Of a stretch of 45,742 nt of DNA, positions 45,553-45,742 are shown piece after piece. Each line of letters begins with the position of its first letter. The first letter of the stretch is position 1. Origin of the DNA: Planctomycetota bacterium (lineage in GTDB: Bacteria; Planctomycetota; UBA11346); contig JBBRLJ010000042.1 in the NCBI GenBank assembly GCA_038231435.1, forward strand, positions 1-45,742, read 5' to 3'. Made by a program: the position numbers and the translations under genes. The notes under the pieces were generated by a model. It worked only from the letters and a program-made list of their open reading frames with translations. It had not been told where the DNA came from and did no database searches.

Positions 45553-45667
45553 AATCGGGGGGGGCGCCCCCCCAAACCCACCCCCCGATGGTGGCCAAAA
45601 ATTTTCCCCCGCCGCCTAAAATGTGTCGCCACACGGGGGGGGGGGTTTGGGGGCCCCCCCCCCGACT
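45553..45667. repeat. Inverted pair of degenerate GGGG..CCCC-AAACCC REP-like units (homopolymer-rich)
   Basis: AATCGGGG...GCCCC..AAACCC matches the start of the 14.66-kb element and faces GGGTTTGGGGG...CCCCGA. Confidence 0.65.
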
Positions 45668-45668
45668 A

Positions 45669-45742
45669 TCAGCGCCACTTGATCTCGAGGATGCCGGGAG
45701 CTCCGACCAGATCGGCGACGATGCGTTGGGTCAGCTCGAACA
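45669..45742 (-). CDS. 3' end of an unidentified CDS (partial)
   Basis: Reads ...FELTQRIVADLVGAPGILEIKWR-TGA-TAG with GC3-rich codons; too short to name. Confidence 0.6.
   Translation of the reverse strand, partial: FELTQRIVADLVGAPGILEIKWR

Overview
GC-rich bacterial chromosomal window of about 45.7 kb. A Planctomycetota/PVC-like origin is inferred from the PQQ-propeller/TPR/PDZ protein, the Tyw1-like radical SAM enzyme, the AraC/PhyH pairs and a Cys-Gly C-terminal anchor. It opens in the left end of an IS3-family element. Housekeeping genes: lipA, obgE, a PilT/PilU ATPase, ilvA, ribE, glnE, acpS. Iron uptake: feoA-feoB plus a small Cys-rich protein under a Fur-like box. Sugar/nucleoside genes: a GH4 glycosidase with an extra C-terminal jelly-roll domain, a BMP-family ABC importer, a six-hairpin glycosidase lipoprotein, and thuA-gfo under a LacI-type operator. 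It also has three AraC regulators, two PhyH dioxygenases, an orphan GldF/GldG-like pair, a degenerate nuclease lipoprotein and a 1368-aa surface protein. I found no rRNA, tRNA, CRISPR array, prophage or recognisable defence system. The strongest unexplained signals are (i) a YANNNT hexamer 5-7 nt upstream of at least 12 start codons, suggesting widespread leaderless expression, (ii) three families of palindromic intergenic repeats, (iii) a Cys-Gly/TM/Arg sorting signal on the large surface protein, (iv) several domain fusions or insertions, and (v) an AT-rich palindromic patch inside a coding sequence upstream of feoAB. All family calls come from motif recognition by eye; no database searches were run.
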